DNA of 64,000 nucleotides from assembly GCF_009914755.1 (NCBI RefSeq), contig NC_060926.1; one strand, 5' to 3'. Below are positions 32,641 through 47,971 of the stretch, one piece after another. This DNA comes from the human T2T-CHM13v2.0 reference genome, Homo sapiens. The position numbers were made by a program, and so were the translations under genes. Every line of letters starts with the position of its first letter. Positions within the stretch are counted from its first letter, which is position 1. The notes under the pieces are model-generated. The model did not search any database. It saw only the letters and a program-made list of their open reading frames with translations, and was not told where the DNA came from.

Positions 32641-33409
32641 ACCAATATGCTCCTCGCCCCCCAAAAGAACAGGAGAAGACTGATAAGTAGAACCAGAATC
32701 AGAGAAGAGCCATGAGGATGGCAGGGACTTAAAATTATTATATATGAGGACCAGGAGAATATCACCTAAAATGTGATAACTCTCTAATATAGTTGAAGGA
32801 ATGTTCCATGGAAAAGTGACTAAATTCATTCTTTGCTATTCTAAGGTCCAGAAAAAGGAATCAATAGAGTTTACTCAAAATATGAAAGCACATTCTAATA
32901 CTACCATTATCTGAAAACAATGAATTATTTGGGGAGATGAGTTTCCAGGCATTGAGTTTGTTTAAGCAGAAGGCCTACAGTTCTTTGTGAAGGATGTTTT
33001 AGAAGTGATTGATGCAGCAGATGGAGGAGTTGGGTTAGAAAACATCTAATGTTCTCCCAGCCCTATCTTCTATGAAATATGTTTGTGATTAGGTTTTTCC
33101 TTTCTCATAAAGAAAATAAAATTAAACAGAGCAGTTATATTTCTAAAATTCAGTTAAAGTTTTCTGTATGTATTTTAAAACATGGTCTCAGTAGAAGCAT
33201 TACAATTATTTCAATGCTTTCTTTAATAAATGTGTCAGATCTTACATATACATGAGTATTCTCATTTGAATACTTTCTCTGAGAGCATTAAGAACTTTCT
33301 GTTCTTAATCCAGAATGAGGCTTATCTTGTGGAATTACCATTGGAACCATAACGCTGATACCTTTGCTTCACAATTAGATTTCATTTCAGTTCAAAGTTG
33401 TTTTTCCCA

Positions 33410-33730
33410 CTTCCATACCTCTTAGTCATTTTGACTTGGCTGTGAATGACTTTTGGTATCTACAGAAATCCAATCTAGCTTTTAAAGATCTGTAGGGTAA
33501 CCATATGTCCTGGTATTCATCTGATGTCACAGCTTAATTATTAATAGTACCCAACCCCTTTCATTCTCTGAAATGTTCTGGTTCTGGTTTCCCTAGTTAT
33601 ATACCAGCACTGAAAATATTCAGTAGCTTAGGCACCAAAAGCAATTTAAAAAGAAGTTAAAAAATTACCTTAGTGAGTATCAGCATCATTAGACCAGTCT
33701 GCAGTCCCACAGTGACTCTTTGGAAGGCAG
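33410..33730. mobile_element. Ancient mariner-like (MARNA-like) fragment with an inserted MER94-like hAT element (33493-33595)
   Basis: GACTTGGCTGTGAATGACTTTTGG...CAGCATCATT...GTGACTCTTTTGGAAGG; insert ends TAGGGTAACCATATGTCC...CCCCTTTCATTCTC...TTCCCTA. Confidence 0.5.
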
Positions 33731-34148
33731 CAATACGCCCTTGGATGTGAAAGCTACTTTTGAGGTATACCTCTTATTTTCTAACCAACCCAACTGCATT
33801 TTGGAAAATTTTCTTTTAGACCATAATGAGTATGTTTACACACATACAGCCCATAAACATACATTCATATATATATATTTTAAAGAAATTATTTGACAGT
33901 GATTATGGTCCATTTGTGTGAGTAGCTGAAATGATGAGTACATAAACACAAGTCCTTTCCACATCATGTACTCATTAAGTTTGAAGAACGAGTTAAAGTT
34001 ACCAAGATTTCTTTATTCAGGTTTTGTTTTGTCTACTCAAACAGAAGTATTTGCTGGGCAACAAAACAGTGATTCTCTTTGTAATCTGTATTTGTTCAAA
34101 GCCATATTTATTTTACCTGTTTCTGTGATTGGAAAATAGAGCATGTAA

Positions 34149-34256
<108 letters not shown>

Positions 34257-34395
34257 TAAGATATTTTTTATATCATTTATTGAGTGATTGATTTAGCCAA
34301 TGTTGTCTCATCTGATTATTGTTCTACTCAGTCTCTTGTGTCTTGACCAGGAAAGTGACCCAGATGGCTTTTCTTAAAGGGATAATTTCTTTTTA

Positions 34396-34468
34396 AATTA
34401 TTATTATTTTATTTATTTTATTATTTATTTTATTATTATTTTTAATTATTAATATTATTATTTATTTT
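34396..34468. repeat. AT-rich (TTA/TTTA)n low-complexity tract
   Basis: Direct reading. Confidence 0.8.
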
Positions 34469-34970
34469 GTCAAGACTCAACATAAAGGGGATAATTTCAT
34501 ATTATTTCCTGCTTCTTATATTCTTTAAATATTTCTTAAATTTTACAACCAAAATGTTACATAACATTTAGTTTGAGGCTGGAATAAAATAATGATAATA
34601 TTATACTAGCTCCCTGATTTCTTTTACTTCCTTTCCCACACTTCAGTAGCTTCCCTCTACTATCACTTTCTTTTACTGATTTGAAATGGAATTGAAAATT
34701 TTGGTATGTATCTTCTTAGCCTTGCTACTTCTCTTGGTTTTGATTTAAGGTAATAGGGTCTGTCACTTTTTTTCCTATAAAATGTTTATTTATGCTATAT
34801 GTTAATTTTTGAAATCACTTAAATTGATAGTCACTCATTCATTCGGGGCAATGCTCTCATTAGTGGCTAAATGTAAAACTAGCCGATAATATTGCTGTCA
34901 TATTTACAGGAGAGCGTGGCAGCAAATCTAATTGCTAAACTAATTTAGAATCTTTCTCTTCTCCACGTAG

Positions 34971-35041
34971 CAAATCAATATGTGTGGATCAGAATAAACC
35001 GCTGTTTATCACAGCAGGATTGGATTCTTTCGGTCAAATAG
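34971..35041 (+). CDS. DYNC2LI1: DYNC2LI1 exon 10 ([24 protein letters not shown])
   Basis: cgtag|C...G|gttagt, 71 nt. Confidence 0.96.
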
Positions 35042-36009
35042 GTTAGTGAACTTATTAAGATTGTTCAATCTTTTTTTAATTGCTTATTGATTTTGTCCTA
35101 CTCCATGTTCACTTTGTCTCCAACATACTCCTATTTCTGGTTTCATTATCATTGCTGTTATTTCCTGTGTGTTTGTTTATATGCCCAGTATTAATGTAAC
35201 ATGCATCACATTGACATGTTTGTGATGGAAGTGATGTCACCACATAAGAGACTGATTTTTCATTTCTGATCTCTATTCCACTGAAAAACAAATTGCAAGT
35301 ATTTTCTTTCCCCAACTGATTTCCAGGTACTTTTAAATTTTAGCTCCTTGGCTTTAAAGAAGCTAGGAGCATAGAGTAGTGAGGAAATTCAAAGCTACAT
35401 ATTACAGGCAATTAGCAAGTATATGAGAGACTGAAGTGGTAGAGTAAACCAAAAAGAACACAGTTGTAACAATTAGGTATGATTTGATTTTTTGTTATGA
35501 AATAGCATGCCTCATCTAATGGAATGTATTTCCTAAACTCATAGACTCTATAGGCTTCTGAATCAAAAGGAAGTTTAAGAGTTTATATCTCAAGGCCCTT
35601 ACCTTCCCACAGAAACTGTTTTCATTGTGAAGATCTTTGAGCCTCGCACTTCTTTATCCTCTGCAGGTGGCGTAGTTTGCTTTTAAAACTCTAATGGGCA
35701 GTAGGGTTTTTTTTTTTTTTTTGTATTTCCCATCCTCTGTTAGTCTTACAAGCTAAAGGTGACTTGACTTCAAATATAGAAATCTTTGTAATGAGATTAT
35801 AGATTAATTGGAATGAAAGGAATGGAGGTGATTTTGCTTAGTGAATGGTCATGGAGACTGATGTTTATGATTATAATTAGCACCAACTTAATTCCAGTAG
35901 CAGTGAGAATCACTGTTGTACTGATAGATAATGCTGATGGAATTCTTTTGCTTCTATGAATAGTTGGAGGCCAGAAGAGAGTTCATAATTGCTGAATTTA
36001 AAAATCATG

Positions 36010-37080
36010 GCGCCTAGATCTCATCGGAATTAAAAACTTTTGCTCTATGAAAGCCCATGTGAAGATGAATAGACGTGCCATAGTGTGGGAGAAAAGAATT
36101 TCAAACCACATATATGACAAAGGACTAGTGTTTAGAATATATAAACTCAACAGAAAAATAAATAATCCAATTAGAAAGTGGGCAAAAGACATAAGCAGAC
36201 ATTTCATTTCAGAGAGGACATAAACATAGCAAAGCAGCACATGAAAAGGTGTTTAATATCATTAGTTGTTAGGGAAATGCAAATTGAAACCACAATGAAA
36301 TATCACTATACATTTAACAGGATAGCTAAAATAAAAAATAGTGACACCACCAAATACTGGCAAGGATGCAGAGAAACCAGATCTCTCATACATTGGTGGT
36401 GGGAGTGTAAAATGGTACAGCCACTCTAGAAAACAGTTTAACAGTTTCTTACGAAACTAAACATGCAACTACCATATGACCTAGAAATTGTGCTGTTGGG
36501 CATTTATCCAAGATAAATGAAAACTTAACTCTCACACAAAAAATCTCTAGGCATATGTTCATGGCAGCTTTATGTTTAGTAGTCAAAACCTAGAAACAGC
36601 CCAGAAGTTGTTCAGCAGGTGAGTGACTAAACAACTGTGGTACATCTGTACCAGGAAACACTACTCAGTCATACAAAGGAACAAATAATTGATACACACA
36701 GACTGGATGAATCTCCAGGGAATCATGCTGAGTGAAAAGCAGCCAATTAGAAAAGATTACATACAGTGTGATTCTATTTATAAAAAATTTTGAAATGAAA
36801 AACATTTTAGAAATGGAGGCAGATTAGTGGTGGTCAGAGGGCAGGGATAGAACTATGGATGGGGAGACCAGGGGAGGGGTCGGGAAGGAGGAGGTTATGT
36901 CTATAAAACGGCAACACAGGATCTTTGTGCTAGTGGAATTAAGTTGGTGTCTCGACTGTGGTAGCAAATACATGAACCTATGCAGGTGATAAAATTGTAT
37001 AGAACTTAATATACACACAGACACACAAAGGAATACAAGTAAAACTTGGCAAAGCTGAATAACATCAGTGGAGCGTATCA
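36010..37080 (+). mobile_element. L1M (L1MC/MD-like) 3' fragment, ~1 kb
   Basis: ORF2 C-terminal remnants (HMKRCLISLVVREMQIETTMKYHYT, LIHWWWECKMVQPL) and L1 3' UTR sequence. Confidence 0.88.
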
Positions 37081-37936
37081 ATGGCTTTCGCACCAAAGTG
37101 GTAAGGATGTCCTGGAAGATCACCAGTAAAACAGTTTTGGGGAACAATACAGTTGTTGGAAATAGAAAGATGGGAAATATCCAGTTACAAATTGCAAATG
37201 GCAGCAAAGTTTTAAATTTTTCAAATTAAATTATACAAGTAACACATAAAGATATCTCCTTGTAAAAAGGTAAAAGAGTACATACAAGGAGCAAATTTGT
37301 GTTCTTTCCAATTTCCTATGCCTTTACACACATGTGTATATAGTGTAAAAAAACTATTTGCTTTAATGTAATTATGTGTTCAGTCTATATCATTTTGGAA
37401 TTTCCCCTTTTTATTCAATATACCCTATTATTCAGTACCTTTTAATTCAATATACCAATATACCTTAGTAGTTTTTCCATATTAATGCTGTATGTGGGTC
37501 TATTTCTTATTTTAACTGTTGGATAGTGTTACAGAGCATGGCTATGCATAGTAATTAATGCACTGTTCACCACTGATGAATATTTTGGTTGTAGGTCAAT
37601 TTTTCACTGATAACAAATTATACTGCAGTGTGAAATCCTTAATACAGTACCAGTTTGCAGGTGTTTCTAGGGCAAACACTACCAAAAACTGGAATTACTG
37701 GTTAATAGGATATAGATACAGGTATAGGTATAGGGTGTGGAGAATGAGAGTTACAGTTTACCCATTACTCTTTGCCTCCTCTTCTTTCAGTACTAGAATC
37801 TGTCCCAGTGACCTTGCTATGCTGGGTAGGGTAAATTTTTATGGTGACTATATTAAGGAGAGGGAAAATGAGTGATCCGAGATGTATACCTTTGTTAGTG
37901 TCATTTCTTTTATTGGTGGAGTTTGTAATATTTTAA

Positions 37937-38116
<180 letters not shown>

Positions 38117-38479
38117 TAACAGTTATAGGAAATGTGTCAAAGGGCTTATTATGATAACTTTGTTTTCATCTTTTATGCTCAAAAATCAATTAAACATTTG
38201 CTGAAAATGTAAATAGGCACTGTGGGGGTTAAAAAAAAAAAAAGGTAAGACATGGTTCCTGCTCCACTTTCAAAGAGAGTTATCTGGCTGTTAGAGAAGG
38301 GAGAGACAACTGAAAGGGGACCTGGCAGAATTGGAAGTGGGCCTCAGTGGTGATGAGAAAAGCTAGAAAGATCATAGAGAGCCTTTGTGGCAGGCTGAGG
38401 AATGGGAGCTTGGTTTATTAGGCAGATGGTAGCCATTGAATTTTGGTTTATGGGCGTGAAGTGATTTTGAGATTTGTAA

Positions 38480-38587
<108 letters not shown>

Positions 38588-39206
38588 TAAACATTTACTT
38601 AATTTCATCTGAAATTTTAACACAAAACCTGGGGTGCCTTGGGAATTCCTTACATTTTTCTCTATGTATTTACTTAGAGTATCTTCTTTACTATTAAAAT
38701 TATTTAAGTAGTACATCTATTTAAATAACACACTAATAGTATACTGTAGAAAAAATAAAAATTTGATATGAATAAAGAAAAATTTTTAAATCACCTGTCA
38801 TCCCACCACCCAGACATGACTTAGTGTTCACATAAACCTTTTTGATTTTCCAGTTTTCATTATATTAAAGATGAGTGGTGATTCTTACCTTGCTGCTGGA
38901 GAGACATTTTCTTAATAGTCTTTGGTTTGTGGAATTACATGAAGAGCTTTGTTTTTGATTAGGACATTCAGACATACCTATACTTTCCTTGTACTAGAAA
39001 ACGTATCTTGCCCAGTTAAGGACTGAAAGCACGATCTGAAAGCACACAGACATACCTGACATAACCCAGGTTCTCTCAGGAAAATGCTTAAAAGTGGACA
39101 CCACCATCCCATGTATCACTAGATAGCCCCATTTGAACACACAAGTCTGATGTAAGAATGTTAAGAGTTGGCAAATTCACCATCACTCAAATACTTAGAT
39201 TTTTCT

Positions 39207-39513
39207 TTTCTTTTTCTTTTTCTTTTTTTTTTAAGACGAGTCTCACACTGTCGCCCAGGCTGGAGTGCAGTGGCATGACCTCGGCTCACTACAACCTCCG
39301 CCTCCCGGGTTCAAGCAATTCTCTGCTTCAGCCTCCTGAGTGGCTGGGATTACAGGTGCCTGCCACCACACCTGGCTAATTTTTTTTGCTTTTTTAGTAG
39401 AAACGGGGTTTCACCATCTTGGCCAGGCTGGTCTTGAACTCCTGACCTCGTGATCCATCCGCCTTGGCCTCCCAAAGTGCTGGGATTACAGGCATGAGCC
39501 AGTGCGCCTGGCC
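39207..39513 (-). mobile_element. Alu (AluS-like)
   Basis: TSD TAGATTTTTCT at 39196 and 39514. Confidence 0.94.
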
Positions 39514-40688
39514 TAGATTTTTCTAAAAACAAACAAGCAAACTTAGATTTTAGTTTTATTTGATAAAATGAGACGTTGTACAGAATCTGTCCTTATATGA
39601 GTAAACTTATATATGCTAAGCACTAGATCGAAAGCCCCAGCAACTTCTCAGGTGGCAGTCACGTTGTTGCGAGGGTAACCTGAAAACAGCTGTCAGCTGG
39701 GAGTAGGAGCCAGGGTTTTTTTCTCAGTATTCACCTTCGGGGGCTGTTGGAGAAGTAAGCAAAACATTTTATGTAAACGGTCCAGAAGACTTTTGAAAAA
39801 TATGCCATGAATATTTAGAGGTTTTATAGCTGTAGCAAAGTGAGAGGCATGTTGTAGAAACAGGAAAATGACCTTATGTAACCCTTATTATGTTTGCAGC
39901 CTGGCTATAAGGATTAGTTGGAAGTCATCCCTGATTAATATTTATCTAGGAGTCAATGATTAACTGTTGTTGTTGATAAGAATATCTGTTTATATTGTAT
40001 AATGATCACTTTTATTAAGTTCATATACATCAGTATTATTAAAGGATTAGGGTATTTGTGAGCATCATGAGTTTTCACATTCAAATCTGTCTTCTCTAAA
40101 TGACTTAAAACCATAAGAATTTTGTGTGGAAAAGGAAGGCAGCCCCACAGTACCCATATCACCCTTCATTCATCTCTTGTATCTCACTGCCAGCAGATCA
40201 CCAATTCCTGTCATCTCTTGGTTCGAGATTTTTTTTTAACCTACCTGAAAAGTTATGCTGTCCTAAGTTTGCCTCTAAACCACTTTTATTTGTGTGGTTT
40301 TAGACGAATTGATTCCAGATTGCACACACAGGACCTTAACATAATTTTATGCTTTAGCTGTAAAGATACCCTAACAATTACCAGTGTTGTTGCTGTTATT
40401 TCATTGATAATCCGAATCTAAATTTTGACATTCTACTATATAAAATTTTTAATTTGAATATTATTTCATACTATTTCATGAGTAGTTGTGAGACCTTAAG
40501 TTGTTTCCAATTGTGTGCTGTGAAGTCAGTCCTCAAGGATCTGAGGATTGGTAGGAAGACCCCTTTCATCTTTCCTGCAGACTTAGGGTCTTTCGTGATT
40601 AGCCCTCTTTAATTATTTAAAGTTCTGTCTTTTGCCAGACTTCACATGGGCACCAGAAAATACTTAAGTAGTATTTTCTGTTTTTTAA

Positions 40689-41050
<362 letters not shown>

Positions 41051-41072
41051 TCTTTTCTATTATTTTTGTTAA

Positions 41073-41107
<35 letters not shown>

Positions 41108-42277
41108 TTACAGTTAACATTTATTTTTAAGGTCTTCTTGGCCAACCACAGTTATCTTCGGAAAACTTTACTTGCTATCCCTTTAAAACATCAATGCATT
41201 ATTTTGAGGCCGTATCATTGTCATGTTGAAGATCTAGTGGACTTGGTGGTTTTTGTCTCATATTGGTTATTCCTTTTTCTCCCTCTGGCATGGCCTGTGT
41301 GATAGCCCTAGTTTTCTCACAGTCTGCTGTCTGCAAAAGGGAGATACTACCAGCAAAGAATCTCAAAACAACATTTTCACCTTTGTCATTGGTAAAAATA
41401 ATTTAACTTCCAGTTAAAGACAAAGTTTGCAGTAAACAATTTGTTTATTCTTTATGAGTTAATCTTTAAAACCGCAAGTGGTAGATAACTGGTGAACTGA
41501 ATTAGCTTTATTAGAAAAAAATAAAACAAGCTGTAAAGACTACATATGATTATTACCATGAAAATTCTTCCTAGAATCCAATGAGGAAGTTAAAGGAAAA
41601 AAAAAAACACACAAGGAAAAATTCTTCCTAAGTCTATATACCATTTTGAAACATTTAACATTTAAATTTTAGTAACTTAGGGTATAGGTATGAAAGGTAC
41701 GCTCTGCAATTTTTCTGAAAATTAGAATGGATTTTCTTTTCATAGCAACTGTGAACTTCAGTTATGTTAGCCAAAGGGCATTGATTGCCTCATCTTGCAG
41801 AGTAACCACGTTTTATTTGAAGTAGTGACAACCTTTGTACAGTTATTTAGACATTGAACAACATGTAGGAGGCCAAGAGGCATCCCCTTAGATGGTCCCT
41901 TTTACATGTCAGTTGCCTTGTGCAGGATAGCCACCTCCACTAAAATTTATTTATGAATTGTAAAGGTAAGATATACTCCTTGTGAAAAAATTCAAGAGCT
42001 ATAGATAGATGTATATAAAATAGAAAATGGAAGTATCCTGCCCTCTCCCTATCTGTGTGCTTTTTTCATGTGGCACACATTATGTTTTCATGTGGCCACT
42101 GTTATTTTTGCTGGCTGCCTTGGAAGCCACCTGTGAATGAACGCTAATTATTTAATCAGTCCTTACTGGGGGACATCAAAGTTGTTTCCAGTTGTGCTGA
42201 GACAGAGCAATGGGTTTCCTTCTTTTACATCCTTGTGCATTGCTCTATTGTTATGGATGATAAATTTCTAAAAGTAA

Positions 42278-42640
<363 letters not shown>

Positions 42641-43038
42641 TAAATATTTTGCTAACTTCAACCAAGTTTTTGATTAGAGCTGAACAGCAAACAATTAAAA
42701 TAAGATCACTTTTGAATACTTGAAGGATGACAGATGTCTAGTTCATTAGTTGAAAGACAATTCATATGTATTATGTAGTTTATGTACATAATTTTGTCTG
42801 AAAGTTTAATAAATTCATCTCTGAGTGCTGCTTAGCCACACAGAAACTCTGAAGACAGTATTTCTAGAAAATAAGTCCTAAGCATAATCATTTACAAAAT
42901 AATTGGCAAGAAATATTTAGAATGATAATGCTACTAAGGATTCATTGATATATCTAAAAAATGAGAAGGCAGTTTTAAGGTGCCTCCTTGAATTAGTAAA
43001 GTTGATTTTTCTTAAAGTGATACATATTTTTGTTTTAG

Positions 43039-43101
43039 GAACTGGAACAGTACAAAAGAAGTTCTTCCAAGTCTTGGAAACAAATCGAGCTTGATTCTTG
43101 A
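43039..43101 (+). CDS. DYNC2LI1: DYNC2LI1 exon 13 coding part (ELEQYKRSSSKSWKQIELDS*)
   Basis: tttag|GAA...TGA; summed CDS is 1056 nt = 351 aa + stop. Confidence 0.96.
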   Translation, partial: ELEQYKRSSSKSWKQIELDS

Positions 43102-43313
43102 ACCTATTTCAATTATTGTATATTTATTTCTTCTTTTCCAAATACAAATAAGATTATACTGTGAATTAACTATTGTGGCAATATGTGAAGAAAGTTAAAC
43201 TGTATAATTTGTTAAAGGACAAGCTGGATTTCTTGGACTAGTGCATCTCCCTGTATATCTTGAAGCTTTTTAAAAGGAAAAATTATTGTAGAACCACGTG
43301 TAATTTTTTTTAA

Positions 43314-43319
43314 AATAAA
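43314..43319 (+). terminator. DYNC2LI1: DYNC2LI1 main poly(A) signal
   Basis: AATAAA about 210 nt after the stop codon. Confidence 0.75.
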
Positions 43320-43714
43320 AGAATCTTCTACTACCTACCTCTAACATGTTTAAGTGGTATATACTCAATTCAGCATGTATAAGTTTCTGCTTATATGTTT
43401 TTAGGAATATAAAAGTAAGAGTATTTGGTTACAGTTTTAAATGCAAGGTTAAGTGCCCACGTTAGACACATTCTTTCTAAAAGGCATTCTCAGCTGTAGC
43501 TGGGAGGAAACCGGAATTGGGTTCACAGATGTCAAAATTTTACTCTTAACAGTGAGGCGCAAGAAGCACCTGAAATAGGAGATGCACATTCCCAGGTCCC
43601 CACACCTAGAGTGTCGCCATCAGTGGTCTGGAATGGGGCATTTTTAATCAGCACCAATTTCACCCTGCTGTGAGACTGACACATTTATTTTAAATACCAC
43701 TTTTTGAAGAACAG

Positions 43715-43858
43715 GCACATCTAAGGAGATATCCTATCAAGAAGCAGGACAAAACATCATGTGTTGCGGATAACCAGGATTATTTCCAAGGTGGGATAGC
43801 CTTTAAGAAGCCATTCCAATCTGTAGATGTGTGTACCTGCTAGCCAAGTTCATTTTGA
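43715..43858 (+). CDS. DYNC2LI1: Alternative DYNC2LI1 exon replacing exon 13 (AHLRRYPIKKQDKTSCVADNQDYFQGGIAFKKPFQSVDVCTC*, stop 43841-43843, then 15 nt UTR)
   Basis: aacag|GCA in phase 0 (matches exon 12), open for 42 codons, then TGA|GTAAGT donor at 43859. The acceptor is uncertain: in-frame CAGs also precede 43748 and 43778. Confidence 0.55.
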
Positions 43859-44893
43859 GTAAGTATAATTGCTATGATTAAAAATGATTTATTCTATGTT
43901 CTTCCATGTCCACATACAAAATATATTGACTCCCAGCTTCAGATAAGCACATTTACTACCCCAAGGGAGTACTGTCTGAGCAGATAGCAAGCCATCTGCT
44001 TATTGCAATGAACTAGGACTTCATAAATTATTTGCAGTACGTATGGTTCTGACACCCTTGAGAACAGAATTTTCAGCATGTTTCCAAGGAACCTCAGTCT
44101 TTAGCACACGTTTCTTGCTGAGTGCTATGGAAAAAGAAATCCCTTTAAATTTACAGTGAACATTATGATCTCAGAAACATCACTGACTTGGTGGGAAGAA
44201 ACAGCCTATTCCACAAGAGTAATAGGAATTGTTATTATGTAATTTGATTTTCTTACACATCACTGTCCATTTTTGACTTGAGACACAAACTGTCACATGT
44301 TGAAAGCCATTGTGTTTTTCTAAGGTGCTATCACTAACATTTAATAGCTTGAAGTCACGTGTGATGTCAGTTTTCCAAATGTTTCTGAGCTAGAATGAAA
44401 TTCATCTGCATATGAATAGTAGAAAATGTTTCCACTTATGTTGTACACCCATATCTTTAGTAAGTTGAAATCAGTGATTTCAAAAGAGGTTCCTGTGGGA
44501 CTCTCTTTGAACTACTTTAATAGATTATCATCTCCAGAATTGTCTATAACTGATGTGACATATATAATCTGTAAGACATTGTGTAACTATTACACCATAA
44601 TCATCCATGTCAAAGACCTTTTATAAAAATTGACAATACTAGTCTGATAATTTACCAATGCCTCCACATCCTTAAATACTGTTCTAAGAAATAGAATTTT
44701 ACTGTGGTTTCCTTAATGAAATGATCTTTCCTATTTCAGTGTGAGACATTTCAAATGCTATAATTTATCTTTCTTCACAAGTTAGGTCACAGTCAGTGAA
44801 CAAGTTCATGCGCTCTCTACCATATTCTCACCCAAAGTTACCATAGTAACACTGAGACAGTTTCATTTCAGGTTTGTACATGGAATTACTTGA

Positions 44894-45227
<334 letters not shown>

Positions 45228-45333
45228 AGAACCCATTTTTAATAACCTATTTACATTATTTTATCCTTGAAAATATGTAATACAGGTGTCTGTATTTATA
45301 CATATCAGCACCCTTTACAGTTCAAGAATGTGA

Positions 45334-45588
<255 letters not shown>

Positions 45589-45651
45589 TGATCTCCAGCC
45601 TTAATGGGGTTATTTCTCAGTGCATATACTTTAGTAAAGTTTACTTGTAAT

Positions 45652-45722
45652 TCTTTTTTTTTTTTTCGGTAGGTTTTTTTTTTTTTATACTTTAAGTTTT
45701 AGGGTACATGTGCACAATGTGC
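45652..45722 (-). mobile_element. Very short young L1PA 3' end plus T tail
   Basis: TTATACTTTAAGTTTTAGGGTACATGTGCACAATGTGC. Confidence 0.85.
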
Positions 45723-45831
45723 CTATAAGTAAACTCAGCTGAAAGTGAAAAATAGCAAACGAATCTTTAAAAACATAACCAGAGGTTTGTCTGGTGTGCT
45801 TTGTTCACTGTTGAGCCCATTCCTACGGTTT

Positions 45832-45837
45832 TTTATT
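45832..45837 (-). terminator. ABCG5: ABCG5 poly(A) signal (a second candidate lies at 46071-46076)
   Basis: TTTATT on + = AATAAA on -, about 610 nt downstream of the stop. Confidence 0.65.
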
Positions 45838-46448
45838 TTAATCCTCAGTAAAATCACTGGGTGCTCTGTAGCAGTGGTGCTCACCATCCATCTGCCCAGC
45901 ACTCTCTCGATGTGATCAGGTAACTCCGACCCCTCGTGTGGACATCTGCATTTAACTCTGGGTCTTCCAGGAACAGAAGCATTCTTACCCAATTCTGCAT
46001 GATAACCTTGCTTCATCTAAACCCACAACTCTCTTTCTCTGTCACTTATGGTCAGGAATCCTTGAAACATTTTATTTTTGCCTAATCCTTTATCCAATGT
46101 AAACATATTTTTAAGCTGACCTATTTTTTTCTGTGCCTAGAACAAGGAAAAAAAATAGTCACACGAGTCTCCCATAGGTTTATGAATATTATTTACATTC
46201 TTGGGTCCGCTCAGTCACAATTTCCAAATAACCACATGTCCCTGCAAGTTGTAAGAGCAAGGGACTATAAACCACTTCCATTGCATTCAAGGCCTGCTTG
46301 GATCCAAGAGGCACAAATGGAGTCTTAATGGTTAAAAGACTTGAGATGTCCTGTCAAGAAAGAAATACATGGCACTCTCATTTCAGACGTTCAGAGCAGT
46401 CATGCACAGTCGGCAGCTTCACTTCCATTTTCCCAGCCATGGCTTTCA

Positions 46449-46682
<234 letters not shown>

Positions 46683-46995
46683 TCAGGTAATTTAATCAAC
46701 AAGTATTTACCAAGCGCTTGCTAAGTACCCTTAATGAAAAATACAGGACACTTTAGCAAGCCCAGAGTTTACAATTTGATGAAGCAAGAGTGAGCAGTTC
46801 TGGCCTTTGGCTTCATTTGAAGATGGACATGCTTTTGTTTCTATTTTGGGTATAGATTCATTACCATATTTGTGATAAAAATCATGATCCCTTAGCACAG
46901 ACTATCCTAAAGTTACTGACATTATCACTTAAAATTATTTAAAACACTACTAAATTCAGCCATATTCTTTGGTTGTCTTTGGAGTGGCCCTGAGA

Positions 46996-47347
46996 TTTTT
47001 TTGGTTTTTTTTTTTTGTTTTTTTTGGGGTTTTTTTTTTCGTTTTTTTTTTTTTTTTTTTTTTTTTTGAGACACAGTTTCACTCTGCCGCCCAGGCTGGA
47101 GTGCAGTGGCTCGATCTGGGCTCACTGCAACCTCAGCCTCCCAGATTCAAGTGATTCTCATGCTTCAGCCTCCTGTGTAGCTGGGATTTACAGGCACGCA
47201 CCACCACGCCTGGCTAATTTTTGTATTTTTAGTAGAGACAGGTTTTTGCCACGTCGGCCAGGCTGGTCTCGAACTCTTGACCTCAAGTGATCCAACCTCC
47301 GACTCCCAAAGTGCTGGGATTACAGGCGTGAGCCACTGTGCCCGGCC
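46996..47347 (-). mobile_element. Alu (AluS-like) with a ~70-nt interrupted T tail
   Basis: TSD CCCTGAGATTT at 46988 and 47349. Confidence 0.94.
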
Positions 47348-47767
47348 ACCCTGAGATTTCTAATGGCCATGAGGTCCTTGTCTTGGTTCTACTTCCATCT
47401 GGTGGGATTGAGGAATAGACTTTTGCCAAAAGTAGCTTTATTTAGCTATGTACGATGTACATTTTGGGGAACAAGAAGCCACTTCAGCCTGCTTGAATGT
47501 GTTCAGTAGATACAGGAACTGAGTCTATCCAGAATATTCTGGAGTTTACCTCAGTGTACATAAGGTCTGTCATTTTCTAACAACATCCAAGTGTCCCTTA
47601 CCTGTTGACCTTTGACAGGAGACTAACTTGACTACTGCTTATTTTCTTTCATCTTAAAAATCAGAGAAAATGTTGGACTGTATTTCAAAACAGAGTTTTA
47701 AATTGAATTATTATAAAACACAGTTTTTATTTCAAAAATACATTTCCTCCAAGAAATTGCTTCCTCA

Positions 47768-47971
<204 letters not shown>

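Noticed and set aside
36178-36429. ORF resembling a real protein (HMKRCLISLVVREMQI...)
   Set aside because: Remnant of the L1 ORF2 C-terminus in a decayed L1M element, not a gene
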